Part shown: one piece after another, positions 21,174 to 30,824 of the stretch | Numbering within the stretch: the first letter of the stretch is position 1 | Layout: each line of letters begins with the position of its first letter | Assembly (NCBI GenBank): GCA_025059535.1 | Contig: JANXCX010000024.1 | Coordinates: forward strand, 106,569-170,568 | Direction of reading: 5' to 3' | Length of the DNA stretch: 64,000 nucleotides | Source of the DNA: Bacteroidia bacterium | GTDB lineage: Bacteria; Bacteroidota; Bacteroidia; SpSt-205 | Translations under genes and position numbers: made by a program | Notes under the pieces: generated by a model | Database searches by the model: none | The model's input: the letters and a program-made list of their open reading frames with translations, nothing else | Told to the model about the DNA's origin: nothing

Positions 21174-22747
21174 ACGCTCAGCGCAAAAGTAACTAAGAGC
21201 CCCCACCCAGTTTCGCCCAAGTGGGCGTAACCTCTTAAAGGCTTCTGAGGCCGGAGGAGGCCCCTCAAGCAGCCGGCCTCCCCATACGGAAGGGCGGCCT
21301 GCACCCTACCCCCCTCGGCAATCAAGGCCGAGATACCGGTATTCGCACTACGCACGGCGGGCAAACCCAGAACCTGCGCGCTCAGCCGCCCATAACTAAA
21401 ATGCTGATAATATCCAGAGCTTCTCTTCCACCAGCCATCATTAGTTAGAAAGGCTAAAAGGGTCAAGCCTTCCCTCAAACGCTGGCGCAAATCCTGAAGA
21501 AAAATGCTTTCGTAGCATATCCCTACCACGAGGGGCATCTCGTCTGGAAAAAGCCAGAGGGGGCTGACCGCTTGAGGCTTTCCAAAATTCCCGAAGCTCC
21601 CGCCTAAATCAATATACCAGCGCCGCAGAAAGCTAAAAATCTCTAAGTAAGGTACGCGCTCTACGAAGGGGACGAGCCGCGCCTTGATATGAACGAAGTA
21701 AGTATCGGGGCGCAAGAGCAGAGCGGCGTTGTAGGTTTCGTAGGCCCCACCTTCAGGAAGGGGGTGAGCGGATACAGGAAACGGGCCCCTTGGGGGAAAA
21801 AAACGATAGCCAACTATGCCTAAAAGTACATTTACCTGATGGCGGCGGGCGTATTCGGTGAAAGGGAGGAGATAAGGATGGCTTTTCCACCCATCTAAGG
21901 GCACGGCTACGGGTATAGCGGTTTCAGGGAAGACAATCAAAGCGCCTGGCTCTGGCTGTGCCGGCAAAAGGCGTATAAGGTATTGGACCTGACTGTCAGG
22001 GGGAAAGTCGGCAAACTTGGTATAGGGGTCTATGTTGGGTTGTATGGCGTACACAGAGCGTGCCTGGCCTGCTTGGGAAGCGGGTGGAAAAATTAGCGCC
22101 CCAAGGGGTAAGCCGGCCCCCCAAACGGCGAAGCCAGCCCACTTAAGCCAGCCCTTTTGCTGATAGAGCCAGGCGGCGCCTATGAGCATCCAGACCGAAA
22201 TCCCAAGGGGGCCGATCCACTGCCCCAAGGCACGGAGAGGGGGCCATTCACTCCAGGCGAAACCCAACGTAAGCCAGCTCCAAGAAAGCTCCCACCGAAA
22301 ATGAAGGTATTCAAACAGTCCCCAAGCCCCTATGAAAAGCCAGGGGGAGAAAGGCTGGCCCAGGAGGCCGCTAAGCCGGCGCGTAAGCCAGAAAGGAAGG
22401 AGCATAAGAAGCGGATTGGCTACGATAGCGGCGGCCCCGGCCGCCAGGCTAAGGAGAGCTTCCTGCCAATCGGGAGCGCTAAGGGCCGTCAGCATAAGCC
22501 AGTAGCACCCGATAAGATTCCATAAAAGAAGGCCGCTGTACAGCACGCGCAGAGGCCTGGCCGCTTCGGCTAGTCGCCAGAGAAGAGAGAAAGCTAACCA
22601 TCCTAGAAAGGCTAAGGAGAAGGGGGGAAATGCCAACCCTAGTAGAAAACCTGCAAGAAGGGCGGCGCTATAAGGCCTCTTGGTAGGAAGCGCCCGCCAC
22701 CACGAGTACCACCTCACCCAGAGGGGGACGCGCGCCGTAATAGGCAT
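21119..22747 (-). CDS. lnt: Apolipoprotein N-acyltransferase (start uncertain)
   Basis: TM N-terminal half; QPNI, FPETA, KARLVPFVE, ICYES, TNDGW, RSANTGISA. Confidence 0.93.
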   Translation of the reverse strand: MPITARVPLWVRWYSWWRALPTKRPYSAALLAGFLLGLAFPPFSLAFLGWLAFSLLWRLAEAARPLRVLYSGLLLWNLIGCYWLMLTALSAPDWQEALLSLAAGAAAIVANPLLMLLPFWLTRRLSGLLGQPFSPWLFIGAWGLFEYLHFRWELSWSWLTLGFAWSEWPPLRALGQWIGPLGISVWMLIGAAWLYQQKGWLKWAGFAVWGAGLPLGALIFPPASQAGQARSVYAIQPNIDPYTKFADFPPDSQVQYLIRLLPAQPEPGALIVFPETAIPVAVPLDGWKSHPYLLPFTEYARRHQVNVLLGIVGYRFFPPRGPFPVSAHPLPEGGAYETYNAALLLRPDTYFVHIKARLVPFVERVPYLEIFSFLRRWYIDLGGSFGNFGKPQAVSPLWLFPDEMPLVVGICYESIFLQDLRQRLREGLTLLAFLTNDGWWKRSSGYYQHFSYGRLSAQVLGLPAVRSANTGISALIAEGGRVQAALPYGEAGCLRGLLRPQKPLRGYAHLGETGWGLLVTFALSVWLRSLFPWLRSSKSSAR

Positions 22748-23357
22748 GAAGTTCGGCTAAGGTAGCGCGCCGAATTTCTTCGTGGCGCTTGGTAAGCTCG
22801 CGGGCAATACAGCCCCAGCGCTTATCCCCTAAGTAGCGACACAGAAGCTCTAACGTGCGCACTAGCCGACGCGGCGACTCATACCAGACCACCGTACGCT
22901 CTTCCTTCAGAAAACTTTCCACATAAGCGGCCTGACCTTTGCGCGGGAAAAAACCCTCAAAAATGAATCTATCGCAAGGTAGGCCACTGGCCACTAAGGC
23001 CGTTAGCGCCGCATTAGGGCCTGGGAGCACATACACAGGGATTTGCCGGCGATGAGCCTCTCGGATAGCTAGGAAGCCGGGATCCGCCAAAGCGGGCATG
23101 CCACTGTCTGTAGCTAGGCCTACTTTCCAATTGTGCGCTATGGCCTCCGCAAAAAGATGGGGCAGACGCGCGTGTTCATTGGCTACATGGAGAGCACGCA
23201 GAGGGGGTGTACGGATACCATAATGGCTAAGCACCTTACGCACCTGGCGCGTGTCCTCGCACCATAGCACATCTAAATCGGGCAGCAGGTCTAAAACCCG
23301 CAGGGTAATATCCCTCAAGTTCCCTATAGGGGTGGGGAGCACCCACAACCCCTGCAT
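22668..23357 (-). CDS. rsmI: 16S rRNA (cytidine1402-2'-O)-methyltransferase
   Basis: PTPIGNLRDITLR, CEDTR, DSGMPALADPG, YESPRR, RELTKRHEE. Confidence 0.95.
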   Translation of the reverse strand: MQGLWVLPTPIGNLRDITLRVLDLLPDLDVLWCEDTRQVRKVLSHYGIRTPPLRALHVANEHARLPHLFAEAIAHNWKVGLATDSGMPALADPGFLAIREAHRRQIPVYVLPGPNAALTALVASGLPCDRFIFEGFFPRKGQAAYVESFLKEERTVVWYESPRRLVRTLELLCRYLGDKRWGCIARELTKRHEEIRRATLAELHAYYGARPPLGEVVLVVAGASYQEAL

Positions 23358-23363
23358 AGGGAA

Positions 23364-23936
23364 CTACTTTTTGCTCCCGCCCTTAGGGCGTTCGGCAGGG
23401 GCCTTACCCTTGGTAGCTTTAGCGCGCCCAGAAGCTGATCCACTGCTAGGCGCGTCCACCGCCGGAATAGGCACGCCGCGCCGCACTGGCTCATCCAGCA
23501 CGACTTGCGTCTCTATCCGCTCCGCCTTGAGCTCATGCACCAGAAACTGCATGAACGCCTGCAGCTCCGCTATCCCCCGCAGATACACATGCGCCATCAG
23601 ATTCATCTCACCCGTAAGTACATAAACCATACTCACCTCTGGACGCGCCTCCAGCACGCGCACCGCTTTCGGAATATCTACCACCTGCAGACGCAGAAGA
23701 ATAGAAAGGGAATACCCCAACCTCTTAGGATCTAAAATAAGCTGGGTCCCTTTGATTACCCCCCACTCTCGCAGGCGCTGCGTGCGCAAATACACCGTCC
23801 CAATAGAAACGTTCAGCCTATCCTTAATCTTAGAATACGATTCGGTTGGATTTTCGGCAAGCACGGTCAAAAGCCGATAATCCATCTCATCCATGACTTC
23901 TCTGCGACGCTTCATACGCTTCGGCATTTTCGGCAT
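23364..23936 (-). CDS. Lrp/AsnC family transcriptional regulator
   Basis: MDEMDYRLL HTH, LDPKRLGY, VLTGEMNL; box TATCTTTG at 23954-23961 upstream. Confidence 0.88.
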   Translation of the reverse strand: MPKMPKRMKRRREVMDEMDYRLLTVLAENPTESYSKIKDRLNVSIGTVYLRTQRLREWGVIKGTQLILDPKRLGYSLSILLRLQVVDIPKAVRVLEARPEVSMVYVLTGEMNLMAHVYLRGIAELQAFMQFLVHELKAERIETQVVLDEPVRRGVPIPAVDAPSSGSASGRAKATKGKAPAERPKGGSKK

Positions 23937-24511
23937 AAAACAAAATCCCACGGCAAAGATATAAATTTTCGGTCGTTTGCAATACCTACCAACCACCCTA
24001 CCTAAAATGGGAAACTCTCTCCATTTCCATACCCCTCTGATAACCCCCCCTACCATGCACAAATCTTATGGCGAGCCTCCATTTTTCAAAAAGCCCTTAC
24101 CCTTTTCCCTCTCGGCCATTGCAGTAAGAATGCCTGCCCTTATCTTCTGCCTAGCAGAGCATTTGCAAGGATATTCTTTGGCTCGGTGGAAAATTCTACT
24201 TATCCAACTCTATTGAACGCCCTTACGCACCTTATAGCTTACGGCCCATCAGGCGTATTAGCCTCCTTGCCTACTCTTATCCTCTTCCACCCCCCCCCCA
24301 TAAACTTTTGGTGAGGGAAACGCAAGCGGCTCAAACCTACCTTATCGGCCTTAGCCCAGCCAGTGAGAGGGACCAGTCAATAAAATCTACTTCAGCAGCC
24401 GCCCGATTCCCTCCCCAACCACTCATAGTCCGATTCTGACGCTTAGAATTTAGGGGAGATAGCGGTGCCGCCCGTGGCCTAAGTAGTGTTTATTTTTGCC
24501 TACCAAATACT

Positions 24512-26338
24512 ATGCGCATCGGTGCCGTCTCCTTGCGCACTACGCCTTTGGATTTTACGGGTAATCGGCTGCGGGTAATAGCCGCCCTCCAAAAAGCCAA
24601 GGAGTTGTCAGTAGAACTTGTAGTATTTCCTGAGCTCTGCCTTTCGGGCTATGAGTGTGGGGATTTTTTCTGGAGCAGCTGGGTAGCCGATGCCGCTTGG
24701 GAAAGTCTGGAAGGTATTCGGCCTTATACGGAGGGGCTTGTGGCGATTCTGGGCCTACCGCTGGAGATAGGCGGCCGGCTATATAATGCCGCTGCCGTCG
24801 TAGCGGAAGGGGATATATATGGGTTTGCGCTCAAGCGGCGCCTGCCTTACGATGGGGTATTTTACGAGCCACGCTGGTTTACTTCTGCGCCAGAGGGGCG
24901 GCTGCGGGAGCCGCGCAGCGGTACCTATGCGGGATATGCCTTACCTTTTGTATGGGAGGGCTTCTACCTTTCGGTGGAAATATGCGAGGATGCCTGGCAG
25001 CCAGGGCGGCCCCTAGAACGGCATCTAACTCACTTAGGGGTATGCCTCAATGCTTCGCCCTTTGAGATGCGCAAGGCAGCCCGACGGCGGCGCCTAGTGA
25101 CGGAGAGTAGCTACCGATACCGCTGCTTCTACGCTTATGCTAATCTGGCGGGTAATGAGGCGGGGGAGCTCCTCTACGAGGGCGAAAGCCTACTTGCCTG
25201 GCAGGGCCAAATAGTAGGGGCTACGAGCCGCTTCTTTTATGAGGACTACCAGCTGGCCTGGGCCGAAGTAGATGAGGAGCGCCTGCGCCGAACGGCGCGC
25301 CAAAATTCCCTCCCGCTTCCAGAAAATCCTATAGAACTTCCACCCCGCCAGCGTGCTGGGACGCCTGGGGTGGCTTCTAAACCGCGCACCTTGCCAGAAG
25401 TTTCTCCCTGGGAGGAGCTCACCGAGGCCATCGCGATGGGATTATGGGATTACCTTTGGAAAAGCCGGGCTCGGGGCTATGTCATTTCCCTCTCAGGCGG
25501 TTTGGATTCAGCCGCTTGCGCCGTTTTATCCCATTTGGCTTTTCAACGCGCCCGTAGCGAGCTTCCCCCCGATGTGTATCGGCAGCGGCTCTCGTACATG
25601 GAAGGTACCCCTCAAGTTTATACCTTCTACCAGGCGACGGCCCAAAGCTCGGACACTACCTACCGGCGCGCCCTTGGCCTAGCCCAAGAGCTGGGTATAC
25701 CCTTCCACCGCTGGGAGATTGATGAAATTGTGCGTTTGTATGAACAGCGCGTGGAAGCGTGGCTAGGCCGCCCGCTCTCCTGGGAAATGGACGATATTGC
25801 TCGGCAAAACCTTCAGGCCCGTGTACGGGTGCCTGGGATCTGGATGGTAGCTAATATTCTGGGAGCGATACTTCTTACCACTAGCAATCGGAGTGAGCTT
25901 TCGGTAGGCTATTCTACGATGGATGGCGACTCTTCTGGCGGCTTAGCGCCTATTGGGGGCGTAGCTAAGGCGGATCTTCGGGAGTGGGGTCTATGGGCCG
26001 CCGAGAAATGGGGCCTTGAGAGCCTACGCGAAATCGCCTTAGCCACCCCCACCGCTGAACTAAGGCCCGGCGGACAAGCCGACGAAGAGGACCTCATGCC
26101 CTACCCCCTCCTCAACGCACTCGAAAAGCAGCTCATTCAAGAAGGTCTTTCGCCCCAAACCCTTCGCCACTATGTGCAAGCCGAAGGCGCGCCGATTGAA
26201 TGGGCGGATAAATTTCTCCGCCTCTTTCGTATCAGCCAGTGGAAGCGGGAGCGGGCGGCGCCAGCCTTCCACGTGGATGCCTATGACATGGACCCACGCA
26301 GCGCCGCACGCTTCCCCATCCTTCACAGCCTAAAATAA
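24512..26338 (+). CDS. nadE: Glutamine-dependent NAD+ synthetase
   Basis: Nitrilase domain FPELCLSGY/EICED; SLSGGLDS, QNLQARVR, SNRSE, PTAEL, SQWKR. Confidence 0.95.
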   Translation: MRIGAVSLRTTPLDFTGNRLRVIAALQKAKELSVELVVFPELCLSGYECGDFFWSSWVADAAWESLEGIRPYTEGLVAILGLPLEIGGRLYNAAAVVAEGDIYGFALKRRLPYDGVFYEPRWFTSAPEGRLREPRSGTYAGYALPFVWEGFYLSVEICEDAWQPGRPLERHLTHLGVCLNASPFEMRKAARRRRLVTESSYRYRCFYAYANLAGNEAGELLYEGESLLAWQGQIVGATSRFFYEDYQLAWAEVDEERLRRTARQNSLPLPENPIELPPRQRAGTPGVASKPRTLPEVSPWEELTEAIAMGLWDYLWKSRARGYVISLSGGLDSAACAVLSHLAFQRARSELPPDVYRQRLSYMEGTPQVYTFYQATAQSSDTTYRRALGLAQELGIPFHRWEIDEIVRLYEQRVEAWLGRPLSWEMDDIARQNLQARVRVPGIWMVANILGAILLTTSNRSELSVGYSTMDGDSSGGLAPIGGVAKADLREWGLWAAEKWGLESLREIALATPTAELRPGGQADEEDLMPYPLLNALEKQLIQEGLSPQTLRHYVQAEGAPIEWADKFLRLFRISQWKRERAAPAFHVDAYDMDPRSAARFPILHSLK

Positions 26339-26341
26339 GCC

Positions 26342-26349
26342 TACCTTTG
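26342..26349 (+). promoter_or_regulatory. -7 box TACCTTTG
   Basis: 4 nt before the sppA ATG 26354. Confidence 0.65.
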
Positions 26350-26353
26350 CAGT

Positions 26354-28096
26354 ATGTGGAAATTCCTCAGACTCCTCCTGGCTTTTCTGATAGCGTTTTT
26401 CCTGGCTATGATTTTGGGAGGGGTTTTACTAGTAGGGACCTTCACCTCGGCCGCCATTATGCTCTCCCAAAAGGATAAATCCGTCTCCACTTCCCTTGCG
26501 CAAGGAGGGTGGCTCTACCTACCCCTTTCTGGTAAGCTGAGAGAATACGAGAAAAGTCCTATACCCTCTCTCTCTATCACCATAAACCTCTTCGGTGGGC
26601 CGAAAGAGAAGGTACCTACGTTGGATGAGATTCGCCAGGCTCTGGAAAAGGCCGCCCAAGAGGAGAAAATCCAGGGGATAGTGCTGCGGATGGGCGATCT
26701 TTCGGCCTCGCCGGCTCAGGTACAGCAGATTGGGCGCTGGCTGCGGCAGTTCAAGGCCCGCTCTAAGAAGCCTATCTATGCCTATGGCGATTATTTCACC
26801 GAGCTTACCTACTACCTTGCGGCTTATGCCGATACTATAGCTATGTATCCACGCTCTGGCACCCTTCTGGAATGGAATGGCCTAGTGTCAGAACAAATTT
26901 TTTTCAAACGCCTTCTGGATAAATGGGGCATAAAGCCGCGCCTATTTCGGACAGGCGGTTATAAGTCCGCCGCAGAAAATATCACCGAGGAGCGCTTCTC
27001 CCAAACTAATAAAGAGCAGCTTACGGAGCTGCTGGGGGACATTTGGAATGAGTGGGTAGATACGATTGCCGCCCTGCGAAAAATCCCCCCTGAGAGCCTA
27101 CGCAGTTGGACGGATACTTACATATTCTTCTCACCGCAAGAAGCGCTTCAGCATAGGCTGGTAGATACGCTGGTTGCTTGGGATGATTTGGAACGGAAGC
27201 ACTTCACGCCGTCGGGCAAAAAAGACCCCGCATGGGTTTCCTATAAAGCCCTCCTAGCCGAAAAAGATAAAGCCGAGGAGTATATCGCCTTGGCCTATAT
27301 GGAGGGAGCCGTCGGCCCCGAAGAAGAGGTTTCAGCGGAAGAATGGCTGCCCCTCCTCAAAAAAATAGAGGAGGATGAGAAGGTCAAGGCGGTAGTTTTA
27401 CGCATAAATAGCCCGGGTGGGGCGGTACTGGAGTCGGACAAAATAGCTCGGGCTATCCAACGCCTGCGCCAACGCAAGCCAGTAGTGGTATCTATGAGCG
27501 GCGTAGCCGCCTCTGGCGGGTATTACATATCGGCCTACGCTAATAAGATTGTAGCTGAGCCTACCACTATCACGGGTTCTATAGGGGTAATTGCCTTGCT
27601 ACTTGATCTTACTGACCTAGCAGAGAAGGAGCTTTACCTGCGTACCGACCGCATAAAGGTCGGAGGAAAATATGCGGATTTCATGAGTCCGTTTCGCGAG
27701 CCTACGCTGGTAGAGCAGCAGCACATGCAAAACGAAATAGATCAAATTTACCGGGAATTTTTGGAGGTTGTGCGCGAGGGGCGGCGTTACCCTTCGGTAG
27801 AAGCGGTCCATACGATCGCTCAAGGGCGAGTATGGTCAGGTAAAGATGCTCTAACAATAGGCTTAGTGGATACCCTAGGGGGTATAGAAACCGCCGTGAA
27901 GGCTGCAGCCGATTTAGCCAGACTGGCTACCTACGGCATCAGAACCTACCCCGAGGGTAAGTGGAGGTGGCAGAAGCTGCTGGGAGACGATTTCCCCTTT
28001 GCACAGCTTTGGAGACAAGTACAGGGGAGTATAAGCCCTTCCTTTCCTCAAGGACCTCAACTTTTATGCGCCTCCTGCGAGATTAAGGTACGCTAG
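26354..28096 (+). CDS. sppA: Signal peptide peptidase SppA (67K type)
   Basis: GGYKSAAE, RINSPGG, AASGGYY, TGSIGV, AQGRVWSG. Confidence 0.95.
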   Translation: MWKFLRLLLAFLIAFFLAMILGGVLLVGTFTSAAIMLSQKDKSVSTSLAQGGWLYLPLSGKLREYEKSPIPSLSITINLFGGPKEKVPTLDEIRQALEKAAQEEKIQGIVLRMGDLSASPAQVQQIGRWLRQFKARSKKPIYAYGDYFTELTYYLAAYADTIAMYPRSGTLLEWNGLVSEQIFFKRLLDKWGIKPRLFRTGGYKSAAENITEERFSQTNKEQLTELLGDIWNEWVDTIAALRKIPPESLRSWTDTYIFFSPQEALQHRLVDTLVAWDDLERKHFTPSGKKDPAWVSYKALLAEKDKAEEYIALAYMEGAVGPEEEVSAEEWLPLLKKIEEDEKVKAVVLRINSPGGAVLESDKIARAIQRLRQRKPVVVSMSGVAASGGYYISAYANKIVAEPTTITGSIGVIALLLDLTDLAEKELYLRTDRIKVGGKYADFMSPFREPTLVEQQHMQNEIDQIYREFLEVVREGRRYPSVEAVHTIAQGRVWSGKDALTIGLVDTLGGIETAVKAAADLARLATYGIRTYPEGKWRWQKLLGDDFPFAQLWRQVQGSISPSFPQGPQLLCASCEIKVR

Positions 28097-28097
28097 G

Positions 28098-30824
28098 ATG
28101 GAAGTAGAGTTTTTATGGCCTCTGATTACAGAGGTAGTGCGTCAAGAGCCTATATCGGAGGAGGATTGGGAATTTTTGCGTCAGAACGCTGAGACGCTAG
28201 AGTGTTCTAAGGAGGTTTTGGAGCGGCTGGTAGCGGTGCGTCTAGCGCTGCTTCAGGCTGAGCTCCTTCCGCGGGTGGAGGCTCTGGGGGCCTTCATTCA
28301 TACCCTGCGGGAGGCTGCTTCACGTAAGCTTTCTTTTCTTTTAGAGCTTAGCCAGGAGATGGGGGTACCAGCGGAGCTGGTGCAGGTTCTCGTACAAGTG
28401 CCTAAGGTACCTAAGCTACGCTACCTGAGCCGGCTTCTCCAGGCAGTCCATAAGATAGGCATGGGCTCTTCCCTTCTACCCTGGATAGAGCGAGAGGCGG
28501 AGGCGAGGGGTCTATCCGGCGAAGCGGTGGAAGCACTCCACGGGCTTATGGAGAGTGCGCTTCGGCGCAACTTACTCAAAGCGCTTCAGAGCTACTGGCG
28601 GCTCTTAGTGCTTTTAGAAAAGCAAGGGGAGGCAATCGCTGAGGTCAGTTATTTAGCCGAGCTAGCGCGCGAGGCGCATCTGCCAGAGGCATTGGCTCAA
28701 GGCCTTTCCGACTATGTCCGTCAGCGCCAGCGCGGCCAGTCGGTTCTGGAAGCCCTAAGTAGCCTTTGCCGTACAGCCCTCCAGAAAGGCGCTATCTCCG
28801 AAGAAACCCTCCCTTTCCTCCATCAGTTGGCCGAAGAAGAAGGTTTGCCCTCCCCCATTTTGGAGGCTCTTCTAGCGACGGAGCAGAACCTTCGCCACTT
28901 GGTCCCAGGCACGTTTGCGGTCGAGGCGCTAGAACCGCTTCTGGCCAGCCTTATTGCTACGGGTCACCTGGATGAAACCGCTCATCGCTTCCTTATTCAA
29001 AGGGCCAGCGAGATAGGGCTGTCCAAGGTCCAGATAGAGGCGATTATAGACTTGGAAAAAGAAATTCAGGCCGGCAAAGCGAAATTTCCTCAGAGTTTTC
29101 AGCCTGTTATACGCGTTTTAGTGGAGCAAGCCCGCATAAGTGATGAACGCCTTTTATACCTAGTCAAGAAGGCCCAAGCCGTGGGGGGAAATGAGCGGGT
29201 AATTCGGAGCCTTGTTCAGATAGAGATCACGGCTCAGAAGAAACAGTTTCAGGAGCGCCTTTTAGCTTCGTCCCCGCCCCCTCCCCCACCACCCCCTCCA
29301 CCGCCGCCTACTACCCCTCCACCTACGGTAGAGCGCCTTACGCCCCCTTCAGACACCTCGGGGCTCCTCTCCCCTAAAACAACTACTTTCCCTAAGGGCG
29401 GAAATTTTCCTAAGATTGCCAGCGATTTTTACACTATAAAGGTTTTCTCTTTGCGCAGCGAAAAGGATATAGTCCGAAAAGCCGATATATTCGTCAGAGA
29501 GAGCCGAGTTAGCTGGTACATATTCTTGAGCTATGGTGAGCGTGAATACGTTCTAGCGGTCAAGGGCCAGCCCGAGCATCGCTTTGAAGAAGTGCTCAGC
29601 TGGGCAGTCAGCCCCACGGGCGAAGTAATAGCCATAAAGCATCGCCTCCAAGGCAGCTATCGTATCTACCTAAACGGGGAAGACGGTCTAGCCCTTGACG
29701 ATATCTCCGCCCTCGTCCTTTCGCCCAACCACAAACGAGTAGCCTACATAGGCAAAAAAGGGGAAGACTTCTTCGTATTTTTGAACAACATTGGAGCGGG
29801 GCCCTTCCTTCAAGTAACTAATCTAACTTTCCGCCCGAACGAAGAAAATGATCTCTACTTCGTCTTCCAGAAAGAGCCCCACAAATGGGTCATAGGAGAC
29901 TACGTAAGCGGCATTCACAGCGAAGCGTATTCTTTCATAGACCTCCTGACTTTTTCTCCTGATGCCAAACGCATGGTTTATGTAGTGCGTAAGGAGCGAG
30001 GCAAATTGGCGCTCCAAGAAGGAAAACAGGCCAGTGAAGCCTACGATGGGATCTCCGATATTCGCTTTACACCGGATAGCCAACATCTTGTTTATCTTGT
30101 GCAAAAAGGCCTCCAAATCGGCATAGCCTGGGATCATGAGATACTCAAACTCAGCGACGGGATAGGTGGGGTAACGCTCTCACCCGATAGCCGATTTGTA
30201 GCCTATATTTTGCGCGAGAAGGAGGCGTATCACATGTGCGTGCAGAAGAAGGCTTTCGGTCCATACGAGCGGGTGGAGCGTCCTTTCATTACCCACACCA
30301 AGCCGGCCATTATCTATCCAGCAACCCAGCAAGGGAAGCAGTACATATTTGTGAATGGAGCACCTGAGGCGGGGCCCTTTGAGGGCCTTGCCCGATTTAG
30401 CGGACAGGGGGACAGTTACAGTGCTTTAGTACGCATAGGCACAGAAGGGCAAGCCGTAGTGCGGAATGGCAAGGTAGGCCCTACGTATTCGGCCGTTGAT
30501 CAGCTTACTTGGGATAGCAAGGGAAAAAACCTTGCGTATGTGGCCCGACGACGCGGCGGCTGGAGCGGTGTAGTATGGAACGACACGGAAAGCGATGCGT
30601 ATGAGTTTCCCCAATACCTTTCCTTTGACCCAGAAGGAAAAGCGCTCTTTTTCTTTGCTAAGCGTCGTGACGGCTGGTATGGCGTACTGAATGACACGCC
30701 TATACCCGAATCGCTTTGCAAAGAGATTCTCACACCGCCTGTCTACGATCCAAAAGGACGAGCCTTTCATTACCTTTATCGGCAGGGCAAGGATATCTAT
30801 GAGGCGAAGGTAAGCCTACGCTAA
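28098..30824 (+). CDS. Hypothetical protein: 7 helical repeats, poly-Pro linker, TolB/WD40-like beta-propeller
   Basis: Repeated ISEE.xxFL..xA.E.GL motifs; P12 run; repeated SPD/SPT...AY blades. Confidence 0.75.
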   Translation: MEVEFLWPLITEVVRQEPISEEDWEFLRQNAETLECSKEVLERLVAVRLALLQAELLPRVEALGAFIHTLREAASRKLSFLLELSQEMGVPAELVQVLVQVPKVPKLRYLSRLLQAVHKIGMGSSLLPWIEREAEARGLSGEAVEALHGLMESALRRNLLKALQSYWRLLVLLEKQGEAIAEVSYLAELAREAHLPEALAQGLSDYVRQRQRGQSVLEALSSLCRTALQKGAISEETLPFLHQLAEEEGLPSPILEALLATEQNLRHLVPGTFAVEALEPLLASLIATGHLDETAHRFLIQRASEIGLSKVQIEAIIDLEKEIQAGKAKFPQSFQPVIRVLVEQARISDERLLYLVKKAQAVGGNERVIRSLVQIEITAQKKQFQERLLASSPPPPPPPPPPPPTTPPPTVERLTPPSDTSGLLSPKTTTFPKGGNFPKIASDFYTIKVFSLRSEKDIVRKADIFVRESRVSWYIFLSYGEREYVLAVKGQPEHRFEEVLSWAVSPTGEVIAIKHRLQGSYRIYLNGEDGLALDDISALVLSPNHKRVAYIGKKGEDFFVFLNNIGAGPFLQVTNLTFRPNEENDLYFVFQKEPHKWVIGDYVSGIHSEAYSFIDLLTFSPDAKRMVYVVRKERGKLALQEGKQASEAYDGISDIRFTPDSQHLVYLVQKGLQIGIAWDHEILKLSDGIGGVTLSPDSRFVAYILREKEAYHMCVQKKAFGPYERVERPFITHTKPAIIYPATQQGKQYIFVNGAPEAGPFEGLARFSGQGDSYSALVRIGTEGQAVVRNGKVGPTYSAVDQLTWDSKGKNLAYVARRRGGWSGVVWNDTESDAYEFPQYLSFDPEGKALFFFAKRRDGWYGVLNDTPIPESLCKEILTPPVYDPKGRAFHYLYRQGKDIYEAKVSLR

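Noticed and set aside
23937-24216. Lrp N-terminal extension and the 79-aa ORF 23977..24216
   Set aside because: The extension lies upstream of or across the promoter box. The small ORF has no recognisable motif and a weak TTG start.
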